This document shows positions 26,021-34,551 of a stretch of 64,000 bases of DNA, in pieces. Position 1 is the first letter of the stretch. Each line of letters opens with the position of its first letter. A program made the translations under genes and the position numbers. The notes under the pieces are model-generated. The model saw only the letters and a list, made by a program, of their open reading frames with translations. It made no database searches and was not told the DNA's origin. Source of the DNA: a virus. Where the stretch lies: positions 64,001 to 128,000 of the IMG/VR virus record IMGVR_UViG_3300032116_000013; one strand, written 5' to 3'.

Positions 26021-26256
26021 AGAAGTTAGCAGTATTGTTTATTGGTTTGTTCTCAGTTTCAGTCAACGCACAGGATCGCGTTGCCAAGTTTGATACTGAT
26101 GGCGACGCAAAGGTTTCTTTCGAAGAACTCATCGCTCAGTGTCCAAACACAATGAAGGCATTGTTCAGTTTGGCTGATAAGGACAACGATGGCTTTTTGA
26201 CGAATGTCGAAATGCGAACAGCGAAAGAGTATTTGTTCAAGAAGTGTAAGAATTAA
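26017..26256 (+). CDS. Secreted EF-hand protein
   Basis: Signal peptide; DTDGDAKVSFEE and DKDNDGFLTNVE. Confidence 0.8.
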   Translation: MKKLAVLFIGLFSVSVNAQDRVAKFDTDGDAKVSFEELIAQCPNTMKALFSLADKDNDGFLTNVEMRTAKEYLFKKCKN

Positions 26257-26268
26257 TATATAAGATAT

Positions 26269-26343
26269 TGCGGGTTAGTTCAGTAGCAGAACGGTGGACT
26301 CATAATCCACAGGTCGGGCGTGCAATTCGCCCACCCGCTACCA
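26269..26343 (+). tRNA. tRNA(CAU), probably initiator fMet
   Basis: gtgga-ctCATaa-tccac; U1:U72 mismatch. Confidence 0.85.
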
Positions 26344-26359
26344 TCTTGAAGGAAACATT

Positions 26360-26593
26360 ATGAAAGCAATTGTTTGGTCTAAAGTCAACTGTCCTTATTG
26401 CGTGAGTGCTGGTGTACTTCTGCGCGGAAAGGGTTACGAAGTTGAAGAGCGCAAAATCGGCAACGGTTGGACGAAAGAGCAACTTCTTGAGTCAGTGCCA
26501 ATGGCAAGAACTGTTCCACAGATTTTTGTCGATGGTGAGTACATTGGCAACTATGATGATCTTGTTCGACATTTCAATTCTAACAACGATTGA
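26360..26593 (+). CDS. Glutaredoxin
   Basis: CPYC; TVPQIFVDGEYIG. Confidence 0.95.
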   Translation: MKAIVWSKVNCPYCVSAGVLLRGKGYEVEERKIGNGWTKEQLLESVPMARTVPQIFVDGEYIGNYDDLVRHFNSNND

Positions 26594-26600
26594 GAAATTT

Positions 26601-26813
26601 ATGAAGCAACTAGATTTATTCGCTGAGGCTGGAATCTGTCGCGCTGCTCCTGATGGTGTACACATCGTTGTTGATTCTCCGAAAATCTACGAAAGTCCAG
26701 ATAAAGGCAAAACGGTCTACCAGCGCGAGTTTGGTGAGTCAGAAAGAACGCTGGTTAAGACCGCCGTTCAGCAGCAATGGAACATCACCTTCGGATCTCC
26801 GAACGGAGCGTGA
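26601..26813 (+). CDS. Hypothetical protein
   Basis: MKQLDLF...IYESPDKGKTVY. Confidence 0.6.
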   Translation: MKQLDLFAEAGICRAAPDGVHIVVDSPKIYESPDKGKTVYQREFGESERTLVKTAVQQQWNITFGSPNGA

Positions 26814-26850
26814 GTTTCAGCCGTTTTTGGCTCTATCCCTACCCTATCCC

Positions 26851-27039
26851 TACCCCAAAACCGACCCGCTGCAATGGGCTTGCAGGAGGTTTTGCAGACC
26901 TTGTGCAAGTCATTGATTCTATTAGGGATTCCCCATCTGGGTAAATTCTTGTAAGTTATTGATTTTACAAGGGTTTTCGTAAGTTATTGATTCTATTAGG
27001 TTTTTTACTATTGCCATTTTGACCCATTTTAGGCATAAT
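26851..27039 (+). promoter_or_regulatory. Composite element: 28-bp repeat + three G(T/C)AAGT(T/C)ATTGATT + promoter
   Basis: 28-mer 26851-26878; motifs 26905, 26951, 26979; TTGCCA(27011)-17-CATAAT(27034). Confidence 0.8.
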
Positions 27040-27094
27040 ATGTCTATAGGGTTGGGAAACGGGTTCCCCCCAGATAGTAGGAAGGAATAGAATT

Positions 27095-27370
27095 ATGGGT
27101 TTCACTTTAAAGCAGCGTCGCGAAATGATTCAGGTCGAGCGTGACGTTATCAAGGGTCTCCGCGAGGATCTTTTTCGGATTCGTCGTGCGCTGAACCAGT
27201 CGCGTCTGAATATCAAAATGCACCAGGAAGTCCTCGCGGAAGAGCGCAAGTTGAAGCGCATCGTGATGGAAGATAATCGCGCCCTGCGCGCTCAGAAGCG
27301 AGCCGAAAAGCGAGCCGCTCAGATCGCGAAGATGGAAGCGAAGATCGCCGCTCTGAAGGCGGCTGCGTAA
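27095..27370 (+). CDS. Basic coiled-coil early protein
   Basis: Arg/Lys/Ala-rich heptads; SD aggaagga. Confidence 0.75.
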   Translation: MGFTLKQRREMIQVERDVIKGLREDLFRIRRALNQSRLNIKMHQEVLAEERKLKRIVMEDNRALRAQKRAEKRAAQIAKMEAKIAALKAAA

Positions 27371-27378
27371 GGGACTGC

Positions 27379-27439
27379 GTAAGTTATTGATTCTTAACGG
27401 TTTTTTACTATTGCCTTTTTTCTCCTAATATAGGATAAT
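27379..27439 (+). promoter_or_regulatory. Early promoter with GTAAGTTATTGATT element
   Basis: TTGCCT(27411)-17-GATAAT(27434). Confidence 0.8.
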
Positions 27440-27446
27440 AGATAAT

Positions 27447-27779
27447 ATGAAGTCGATGACACAAACCCAAGTCGCGCTGGTTAATGCGCGTCAGGAACTC
27501 AAGAATACTCTTGAGCGTGCGAAGGAACTCCGCGCCATGGTCAAGGTGCTGAGTGTTGACGCTGCGGCTGAGCGTGCGTATCAGAAGTCTACGCGCCAGA
27601 TGCTACGGGCGCAGAAGCGTCTTGAGCGTATCGCGAAGATCGAGGCTCGGCTTGAGGCGATGCGTCTGAAGGCTTCGGCTCCGAAGCAGATTCGTAAGAA
27701 TTATCGGAAGCCGAGCGATGTGACGGTTTACTCGCCTGAGCAGATTGCTGCTCTTAACGCTGCGAACGGTGTTGCCTAA
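27447..27779 (+). CDS. Basic coiled-coil early protein
   Basis: RAQKRLERIAKIEARL resembles preceding ORF. Confidence 0.75.
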   Translation: MKSMTQTQVALVNARQELKNTLERAKELRAMVKVLSVDAAAERAYQKSTRQMLRAQKRLERIAKIEARLEAMRLKASAPKQIRKNYRKPSDVTVYSPEQIAALNAANGVA

Positions 27780-27970
27780 TGAAGATCGGTGCGATGATTA
27801 AGATTCTCGAGAAGATTCGCGAGAAACATGGAAATATCGATTTGCTGGTTTGCGACGACGACGGTCGAATCACTTCTCCGAGGTCGACGCAAGTTGTTGT
27901 TTCAGAGGGCGAGTACCCTGATCACTGGGATATGCCCGAAGGTTTCAAGTTTGTACAGGTAAACGCATAA
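27779..27970 (+). CDS. Hypothetical protein
   Basis: TAATG-coupled. Confidence 0.65.
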   Translation: MKIGAMIKILEKIREKHGNIDLLVCDDDGRITSPRSTQVVVSEGEYPDHWDMPEGFKFVQVNA

Positions 27971-28173
27971 TGACTACTGCTAATCCCCTTGCGCTGGCGA
28001 GCGTCAGCGATATCAAGACTCTGGTTTCTACTGGCGTGGCGACTCATGCTGATGCGCTCGTCCGTGTGGATGCGGTTCTGGCTCGCAAGAGTCTGACCGA
28101 TGGCAAGAAGGCTCGATGGACTCGGCTGCGTGAGTGGCTGGTTCGAGAGCAGGCTCAGGCTCAGGTTGTCTAA
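27970..28173 (+). CDS. Hypothetical protein
   Basis: TAATG-coupled. Confidence 0.65.
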   Translation: MTTANPLALASVSDIKTLVSTGVATHADALVRVDAVLARKSLTDGKKARWTRLREWLVREQAQAQVV

Positions 28174-28213
28174 TTCTTGCTGGTTGACTTTTGCTTTTGG
28201 TTATAGTAGAATT
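28171..28213 (+). repeat. 43-bp direct repeat (left) containing promoter
   Basis: 39/43 identical to 29002-29044; TTGACT-17-TAGAAT. Confidence 0.85.
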
Positions 28214-28242
28214 TTTATTGTTAATTTTCTGGAAGTAATCAT

Positions 28243-29004
28243 ATGTTGAAGTTGCACCATTTCAGTACATTCGGAAATCTACAATCACACAATCAAGAAA
28301 TGATTGAAGAAATTGTATATGAAGGAGTGTATGAGAAGTTCTTCAATGTACAAGAAGGCGACGTAGTTGTTGACATCGGTGCTAATGTCGGTTTCTTTCC
28401 TTTCACTCTACAAGGTAGAGGGATCAAAAAAATTTATTGTATAGAACCTTCGTTGGCTATTTGTCATGCATTAGATTATAATCTACAAAGGATGGATTTC
28501 GATTATTCGCTTTTAGCATGTGGTGTTGCTGACAAGAATGGAATGATCCCAACTAATAACAGCGAAAGCGAACATCGAGTTTATGGTTATGGTCTAGACT
28601 GCATTTTTGGAATGACTTGGCAAACTATTCTGAGAGGTTGGCAAATTCCTTACATAAATTTTATGAAAATTGACTGTGAAGGTGGGGAATATGATGTTTT
28701 CACTGATGACAATTATGAGTTCTTGACTAAGAAAGTAAAATACATTGTTGGTGAATGGCATATTCATAAAGCCGATGATCCCCTAGCCAAGTGGAGGAAA
28801 TTCTATAGGAAATATTTGTTAAATCATCCTAACCATAGAGTATTTGAACCTATGGGCGGCTATGCAAATTGGAAAGATGTCACTCTAGAATTGCTAGAGA
28901 ATAATGACTCTGATAAAAGGTACACTGATTGGTATTATTCGCATAACAACTTCTATCCAAATTATTATGTGTATATGAATAATGAGCATACTTTTGAACC
29001 CTAA
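28243..29004 (+). CDS. FkbM-family methyltransferase
   Basis: VVDIGANVG...CIEPS...MKIDCEGGEY. Confidence 0.9.
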   Translation: MLKLHHFSTFGNLQSHNQEMIEEIVYEGVYEKFFNVQEGDVVVDIGANVGFFPFTLQGRGIKKIYCIEPSLAICHALDYNLQRMDFDYSLLACGVADKNGMIPTNNSESEHRVYGYGLDCIFGMTWQTILRGWQIPYINFMKIDCEGGEYDVFTDDNYEFLTKKVKYIVGEWHIHKADDPLAKWRKFYRKYLLNHPNHRVFEPMGGYANWKDVTLELLENNDSDKRYTDWYYSHNNFYPNYYVYMNNEHTFEP

Positions 29005-29044
29005 TTCTTGGTAGTTGACTTTTGCTTTTGGTTGTAGTACAATT
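29002..29044 (+). repeat. 43-bp direct repeat (right) containing promoter
   Basis: TTGACT-17-TACAAT. Confidence 0.85.
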
Positions 29045-29082
29045 GTTTTTGTCCGTTGTTAATTTAATTGAGGTAATTTGTT

Positions 29083-29490
29083 ATGAAGAAAGTTGAAGTG
29101 TTGTTTACGTTGATGCAGAATGGTAAGCCTGTGCAGGTCGAGAGTATGCTAAAGACTCTCCAGGTCAAGCAGGGTTCTATCATGTGTTTGATCTCGGCTC
29201 TCCGAAATGATTTCGGTGCAGAGATTGAGACTGTGCGCGATGGTCGTAAGGTTCTTTCCTATCAGTTGATGAACGCTGATAAGGTTAAGATTCCGACCAA
29301 GGCTGCGAAGGTCGCAAAGCCGAAGGCAGCGAAGGTGAGTGTTTCTAAGACCAAGACCACTATTGCTCGCAAGAGCAAGCCTGTCGTTGCTGACGAAACT
29401 CCCACTCTTGTGGTTGAGGAGATTGACAGCGATGCAGAACTTGCTTCGTTGAAGGCTGAGTTGGGTCTTTCGGGTTCTTATTCGGAGTAA
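29083..29490 (+). CDS. Putative DNA-binding protein (wHTH-like N-terminus, basic linker)
   Basis: LISALRNDFGAEI...SYQL; Lys/Ala-rich tail; function inferred. Confidence 0.6.
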   Translation: MKKVEVLFTLMQNGKPVQVESMLKTLQVKQGSIMCLISALRNDFGAEIETVRDGRKVLSYQLMNADKVKIPTKAAKVAKPKAAKVSVSKTKTTIARKSKPVVADETPTLVVEEIDSDAELASLKAELGLSGSYSE

Positions 29491-29502
29491 GATCCCTGCT
29501 GT

Positions 29503-29530
29503 AGAGGGGAGGTAACACTCCCCTCTTTTA
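29503..29530 (+). terminator. Rho-independent terminator
   Basis: agaggggag-gtaaca-ctcccctct-tttt. Confidence 0.85.
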
Positions 29531-29587
29531 CTTGTCTCCATTGTGAGACGCAAATATGTGTCACCATTGTGTGACCGAGGAGAAAAT

Positions 29588-30928
29588 ATGAAAGTTGTAT
29601 ATACGCAGAAGTCTGCTTTTGAGATTATTCAGTTGGCTATCACAGGAAAGTTAAATCCTGATCCGATCGGTCAACGTCCGCCAACTTCGCAGGGTCATGC
29701 GAAGTACGAAGAAATCGTCAAGTCTTTGCTCTCTGGTGTTGGTATCGGCATGATCACATTGCGCGATATCTCTCAAGATGAAGAAATGCAAAAGATTTAT
29801 CCTGGCGTGCACTATCTTGTCATTGACGGTGGTCACCGTATTCGTGCGCTAGTGAAGTTCTATCAGAACAAGTTTGCTGTAAACAAGAAGAAGTTGAAGG
29901 ATCTAGATATTGATCTGAATGACTTTCAGATTGCTCTAGACATTACAACTTGCACTTCACAAGAAGCAATTGAGAAGTTTCGTAATCTGAATCAAACCAC
30001 GCCAGTAAATCCGATGGAGATGCTGATGTGCGATGACCAGTCAGAGATCTGTCGTGCTGTTCGTTCGCTCACTCGCTACTATGCTGAGTACAAGAACGAT
30101 TCGCATGAGTTGTTCGAGACTGCGTTTGATAAACATGGTGTTGAGAAGTCCAAGTTCTTTGACATGGCACCGAACCATCGTCGTAAGTGGGACGAATATG
30201 TTTTCCTTGCGTTGATCAAGTCTCATGGCAACGGCAACGTCGATGCTGGTATTCCAATTTTCTACGATGCTGTTGATCAAGAGTACAAGGGAAACAACAT
30301 TGCCACGAAAACAGTTCTAAAGAACGTTGAGCGTTTCCTCGACGACGTTCTTGGCTTTGCTTATGAGCGTAAGCCATACAAGTTGAACACCGATGTGTTC
30401 GCTGCTCTTCAGTTAGTTTGGTTTGCTCTGTATGAGAAGAACAAGAACTTCAAGATCGATGACTATCAGAAGTTCTATGAGTCATTCTTGGCTGGTTATT
30501 CTATCTTGACAGGAACTGCCGATACGAGTTATAATAACAAAACAATCAAGTATGATGGAGAAGTTTATTTGATCAAGGAATTCGTTCGCAAAAATATTAC
30601 TAACTTCTCGAACGGACCAGTACAAAAGAAGTGCGCAGAACTAATTCTTGAAGAAATGGGAGATGACATTGGTGTGATCTTCCGTGATGCCAAGAGAAGC
30701 CTGACGACTTCTGAGCGCGATCAGAAACTTGCGCTTCAGGGCTTCAAGTGTGCTATCGACGGTGAGCCGCTGCGTCTTGAGGACTCTGTATGGGGTCACG
30801 ATACTGCTTGGGCTCACGGTGGTGAGTTGATGGATGGTGCTGTGATACGCAAGACTCACAACCGCGATATGGGTACGACAACTCTTGACGAGTATCGTAT
30901 GATTCTGAATCTGAGGAAGAACAAATGA
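29588..30928 (+). CDS. DUF262/ParB-like + C-terminal HNH protein (GmrSD-like)
   Basis: VIDGGHRIRAL, FRNLNQ, CAIDG...GHDTAWAHGG...HN; start at ATG 29588. Confidence 0.75.
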   Translation: MKVVYTQKSAFEIIQLAITGKLNPDPIGQRPPTSQGHAKYEEIVKSLLSGVGIGMITLRDISQDEEMQKIYPGVHYLVIDGGHRIRALVKFYQNKFAVNKKKLKDLDIDLNDFQIALDITTCTSQEAIEKFRNLNQTTPVNPMEMLMCDDQSEICRAVRSLTRYYAEYKNDSHELFETAFDKHGVEKSKFFDMAPNHRRKWDEYVFLALIKSHGNGNVDAGIPIFYDAVDQEYKGNNIATKTVLKNVERFLDDVLGFAYERKPYKLNTDVFAALQLVWFALYEKNKNFKIDDYQKFYESFLAGYSILTGTADTSYNNKTIKYDGEVYLIKEFVRKNITNFSNGPVQKKCAELILEEMGDDIGVIFRDAKRSLTTSERDQKLALQGFKCAIDGEPLRLEDSVWGHDTAWAHGGELMDGAVIRKTHNRDMGTTTLDEYRMILNLRKNK

Positions 30929-31158
30929 ATGACGATGTAAAGGAATTGCCGATTTCTGATATCTACAAGTTCTCAACAGAGATGGTAGAAAAAGGATATT
31001 CGCCGTATGCTATTGCCGCTATGTTCACTCTGGTGGCTTTGCAAATCTATAAGACTTCAATGTCAACAGAAGAATACAATCTCATGGTTGATATGATTTC
31101 TAACAATCGAGATCGTGTTCAGACTCTTCCTGCTGACGCTGTTGGGTCATTGCACTGA
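30925..31158 (+). CDS. Hypothetical protein
   Basis: ATGA-coupled. Confidence 0.65.
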   Translation: MNDDVKELPISDIYKFSTEMVEKGYSPYAIAAMFTLVALQIYKTSMSTEEYNLMVDMISNNRDRVQTLPADAVGSLH

Positions 31159-31421
31159 TGACACGTGAATGGCGAGATATTGATAAAGGCACACAATACT
31201 ACTATCAAGTACACAATGGTTTGATCATAGGGCAAGTGTATAGCATGGCTTACACTTCTATCTGGGGCGCAAAGATTCCAGTGTCATCTACCGAAGAACT
31301 AATCCTTGGTCAGTATATCTCGCTGGAGTTTGCTAAAGCAGCAGTTGTTGAATACTGGGACGAAAAGGATAGAACATTCGACGTACACCATGAACATCTT
31401 TTATCTGCACCAAGATCCTAA
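31158..31421 (+). CDS. Hypothetical protein
   Basis: TGATG-coupled. Confidence 0.65.
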   Translation: MTREWRDIDKGTQYYYQVHNGLIIGQVYSMAYTSIWGAKIPVSSTEELILGQYISLEFAKAAVVEYWDEKDRTFDVHHEHLLSAPRS

Positions 31422-31938
31422 AATTGCCGCTGAGTATCATGTCGACAAACACGTCGTCAAGATGATCATCGAGTATGCTCAGTTGATGTCAACTGCGCAT
31501 CGGTTGTTAGATGGGAATATGTATTTCGATTTGACTGCGAATGGTCATAAAATTAAGCGATGGAAGTTAGATGACTATCGCGAACCCATTCTATACAAAG
31601 CCAGTCATATCAATCACCCATCGGCGATCTGGGTTCGGCAAGATCTTTCTCACTATCAGTGGCTTTGGAATCTTGCCTCTGAACTTTGTCAAGAGTATCG
31701 GCATCGGTACGGTGGTGCAACAGATAAGCAACACAAGACTTCTATTGTGATTCAGAATCTCAGTTTCGCTCCGAACAATATCCCGCGAAATGGAATATTC
31801 CAGGAGCCACCCCAAGCCATGCCCGATACCGTAAAGGTTCCTGGGGATAGTATTCAAGCCTATCGCAACTACTATAAAGTCCATAAGGCAGCGTTTGCTA
31901 ACTGGAAGAATCGGAGTGCACCTGACTGGTATAAATAA
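31390..31938 (+). CDS. denV: Pyrimidine-dimer DNA glycosylase (DenV-like)
   Basis: MNIFYL...DKHVVKMIIEYAQLMSTAH...HINHPSAIW...PPQAMP. Confidence 0.85.
   Translation: MNIFYLHQDPKIAAEYHVDKHVVKMIIEYAQLMSTAHRLLDGNMYFDLTANGHKIKRWKLDDYREPILYKASHINHPSAIWVRQDLSHYQWLWNLASELCQEYRHRYGGATDKQHKTSIVIQNLSFAPNNIPRNGIFQEPPQAMPDTVKVPGDSIQAYRNYYKVHKAAFANWKNRSAPDWYK
31930..31937 (+). promoter_or_regulatory. T4-type late promoter
   Basis: TATAAATA. Confidence 0.65.
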
Positions 31939-31942
31939 AGGA

Positions 31943-32542
31943 ATGAAGAAGTTCCTAGACTTTATAACAGAATCAGCCTCTCAGCATCTGCACTTTTTCG
32001 ATGTAGATGATACTCTGTTTCACACAACAGCCAGAGTCAGGGTGATGAAAGGGAAGAAGGAAGTCGCCTCTCTTTCCAACTCAGAATACAATACACATAC
32101 TCTGCCTCCTGGTCACCACTATGACTTCTCAGAGTTCAGAGACGCTGAGAAGTTTGCAAGTGAATCAAAACCAATTCAGAGAATCATGACGAAGATGAAA
32201 AGCCTCCACGGTAAAGGTGGCAACGTCATGATCAATACTGCAAGAGCAGACTTCGATAACAAAGAGCGTTTTCTAAATGCCTTCAGAAATCATGGCGTGG
32301 ATATTGATAACATTCACGTCCATAGAGCAGGAAACATAGAAGGACCAGAGAGCGTTGCTGAAAAGAAAGCGTCAATCATACGCAACCAACTAAATAAAGG
32401 TGCATACAGAAACGTATCTTTGTATGACGATAGCGAACAGAATTTGAATCATTTTCTACAGTTGAAGAAAGAATTCCCGCATATTAATTTTAATGCACAT
32501 CATGTGAAGCCAGACGGAAAGGCAAAACGATATAGAGGATAA
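31943..32542 (+). CDS. HAD-superfamily phosphatase
   Basis: FFDVDDTLF, INTAR, LYDDS. Confidence 0.85.
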   Translation: MKKFLDFITESASQHLHFFDVDDTLFHTTARVRVMKGKKEVASLSNSEYNTHTLPPGHHYDFSEFRDAEKFASESKPIQRIMTKMKSLHGKGGNVMINTARADFDNKERFLNAFRNHGVDIDNIHVHRAGNIEGPESVAEKKASIIRNQLNKGAYRNVSLYDDSEQNLNHFLQLKKEFPHINFNAHHVKPDGKAKRYRG

Positions 32543-32546
32543 ACTT

Positions 32547-32864
32547 GTGCCAACATATGAATTTGTGAATACGAAAACTAAGAAGATCGAAGAACATGTT
32601 ATGTCTATCAATGCCTATGATCAATTCAAGGCAGACAATCCTCACCTAGAAAGATATTACAGCGACGCGCCAGCACTCAGTTATTCAGGAACTGGAGACT
32701 TCAGTGGTAAGAAAACCGATGGCGGCTGGAAAGAAATGATGCATAAGATCGCTGAGCAAAATCCAAGAAGCCCACTTGCAGATAAAGTCTTGAGAAAAGA
32801 TACAAAGCGTGTCAAGACTGATCAAGTTTTAGAAAAACACATCAAGAAGAAAGCCGCCAAATAG
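32547..32864 (+). CDS. FmdB-like protein
   Basis: MPTYEF...GWKEMMHKI; usual phoH neighbour. Confidence 0.7.
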   Translation: MPTYEFVNTKTKKIEEHVMSINAYDQFKADNPHLERYYSDAPALSYSGTGDFSGKKTDGGWKEMMHKIAEQNPRSPLADKVLRKDTKRVKTDQVLEKHIKKKAAK

Positions 32865-32881
32865 GTGGAAGAGAGGCACTT

Positions 32882-33634
32882 TTGAGCAAGAAAAAAGGTT
32901 CTAACACTGTAATAGAATTTACAGAAACTACAGAAAAGAAACCTGCTCGAATCAAGGCAGCAGAACTAAAGAAGTTTGATCCTCTAACAGAGAATCAATC
33001 TAAATTTTTCGAAGCCTACAAACGTGGTGACTATTTCGTAATGCTTTGCGGTTCAGCGGGAACTGGTAAGTCATTCATTGCAACATACAAAGCACTAGAA
33101 GAAGTTCTAGATAAATCATCATCCTTTCACAGAGTTGTCATTGTACGCTCCGCAGTGCAGTCAAGAGATCTTGGCTTCACACCTGGATCGGTTGAAGAAA
33201 AGATGAGTCTCTATGAACAACCATACATGCAAATTTGTCACACGCTATTCGGTCGTCGTGACGCCTATGAAGCACTGAAAGAATGCGGTCGTATTGAATT
33301 CATTTCTACAAGTTTCATTCGCGGTATGAGTTTCGACGATGCCGTTATTATTGTAGACGAATGTCAAAACATGACGTTCGAAGAATTGTCTACAATTATG
33401 ACAAGAGTTGGCTATCGTTCCAAGATTATTTTCTGTGGTGATTACAAGCAAACGGATCTATACAGAAATAACAAGGATAAGAGTGGACTCAAAAAGTTCC
33501 ATGAAATTGCTAAAATGATGCAGTCGTTCACCAATATTGAGTTTACAACGGATGATATTGTGCGCTCAAGTATTGTAAAAGACTTCTTGATTGCGGTTGA
33601 GAGATACGAAAAATTGTCAGAAAATAATACTTGA
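32882..33634 (+). CDS. phoH: PhoH-family ATPase
   Basis: GSAGTGKS, FIRGMSF, IVDECQN, FCGDYKQTD, DIVRS. Confidence 0.95.
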   Translation: MSKKKGSNTVIEFTETTEKKPARIKAAELKKFDPLTENQSKFFEAYKRGDYFVMLCGSAGTGKSFIATYKALEEVLDKSSSFHRVVIVRSAVQSRDLGFTPGSVEEKMSLYEQPYMQICHTLFGRRDAYEALKECGRIEFISTSFIRGMSFDDAVIIVDECQNMTFEELSTIMTRVGYRSKIIFCGDYKQTDLYRNNKDKSGLKKFHEIAKMMQSFTNIEFTTDDIVRSSIVKDFLIAVERYEKLSENNT

Positions 33635-33676
33635 CTTTTGCTTGACAATACGTTATAATAACTATGTGCCTTTGTA

Positions 33677-34369
33677 ATGAGTAATTCTATGTTTAATCAT
33701 ATACACCATGACTTCCCGAAACTGATTCAAGAAAACTTGGATGGTACTCGAGTTTATGTTACACCGACTGGAGAAAAGTATCCGTCAGTGACTACTGTTC
33801 TTGCTGAACATGGCAAGGAAGCAATTCTTGAATGGCGCAAGAGAGTTGGTGAAGAGAATGCCAATAAGATTTCTCGTCAGGCTACCACTCGCGGCACTGG
33901 TGTTCACAAAGCCATTGAGACTTATCTAAAGAACGAAGATATCTCTCAACTTGAAATGATGCCCAATGTCAAGTCTCTATTCTATCGTATGAAGAAAGAA
34001 CTTGATGGTAGAGTTAACAATATTCACTGCTTGGAAGAGAAATTGTTTTCTCACAATCTAAAACTTGCTGGAACGGTTGACTGTGTGGCTGAACATGACG
34101 GCGTTCTTTCAGTCATTGACTTCAAGACTTCCATTCGTCTCAAGAAGAAAGAGAACATCGGTGGATACTTTATGCAGGGTGTTGCTTACGCAAAGATGTT
34201 TAGTGAAATGACAGATCTAGAGATCAATAAAATTGTCATTCTCATCGGCGTTGATATGGCAGACTTTTGCCAAACGCTGGTGATCAAGAAAGAAGACTTT
34301 GGGCATCACGAAGAATTGCTACAGAGTTACATTGATAAATATCACAAGAATAACTTGTCTTTGGTTTGA
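33677..34369 (+). CDS. PD-(D/E)XK exonuclease
   Basis: YPSVTTVL, AGTVDC, VIDFKTS, YFMQ..AY. Confidence 0.9.
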   Translation: MSNSMFNHIHHDFPKLIQENLDGTRVYVTPTGEKYPSVTTVLAEHGKEAILEWRKRVGEENANKISRQATTRGTGVHKAIETYLKNEDISQLEMMPNVKSLFYRMKKELDGRVNNIHCLEEKLFSHNLKLAGTVDCVAEHDGVLSVIDFKTSIRLKKKENIGGYFMQGVAYAKMFSEMTDLEINKIVILIGVDMADFCQTLVIKKEDFGHHEELLQSYIDKYHKNNLSLV

Positions 34370-34383
34370 TAGGAGAGTATAAT

Positions 34384-34551
34384 ATGGATCTGCCAATTAA
34401 TGTTGATGAACTTCGTGAAGTGGTTGTCGCTCTAGAGGTCAAGGGTGATAATCTTGAACTTGCTGATCGTTTGAAACTTGTGTGTCGCTTGGCTGAAGAA
34501 GGAAAGCCATACAAGAGAATCCTTCGTGAAGAATATGGGATTGTAGCCTAA
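34384..34551 (+). CDS. Hypothetical protein
   Basis: SD ggag; 55 aa. Confidence 0.65.
   Translation: MDLPINVDELREVVVALEVKGDNLELADRLKLVCRLAEEGKPYKRILREEYGIVA

Noticed and set aside
10187-26343. Stop-codon recoding
   Set aside because: No CUA/UUA/UCA anticodon; TAG, TGA and TAA all end intact genes
538-27392. GTAAGTTATTGATT copies as a CRISPR array or dif sites
   Set aside because: Dispersed, no regular unique spacers, no cas genes, and no match to XerC/XerD arms
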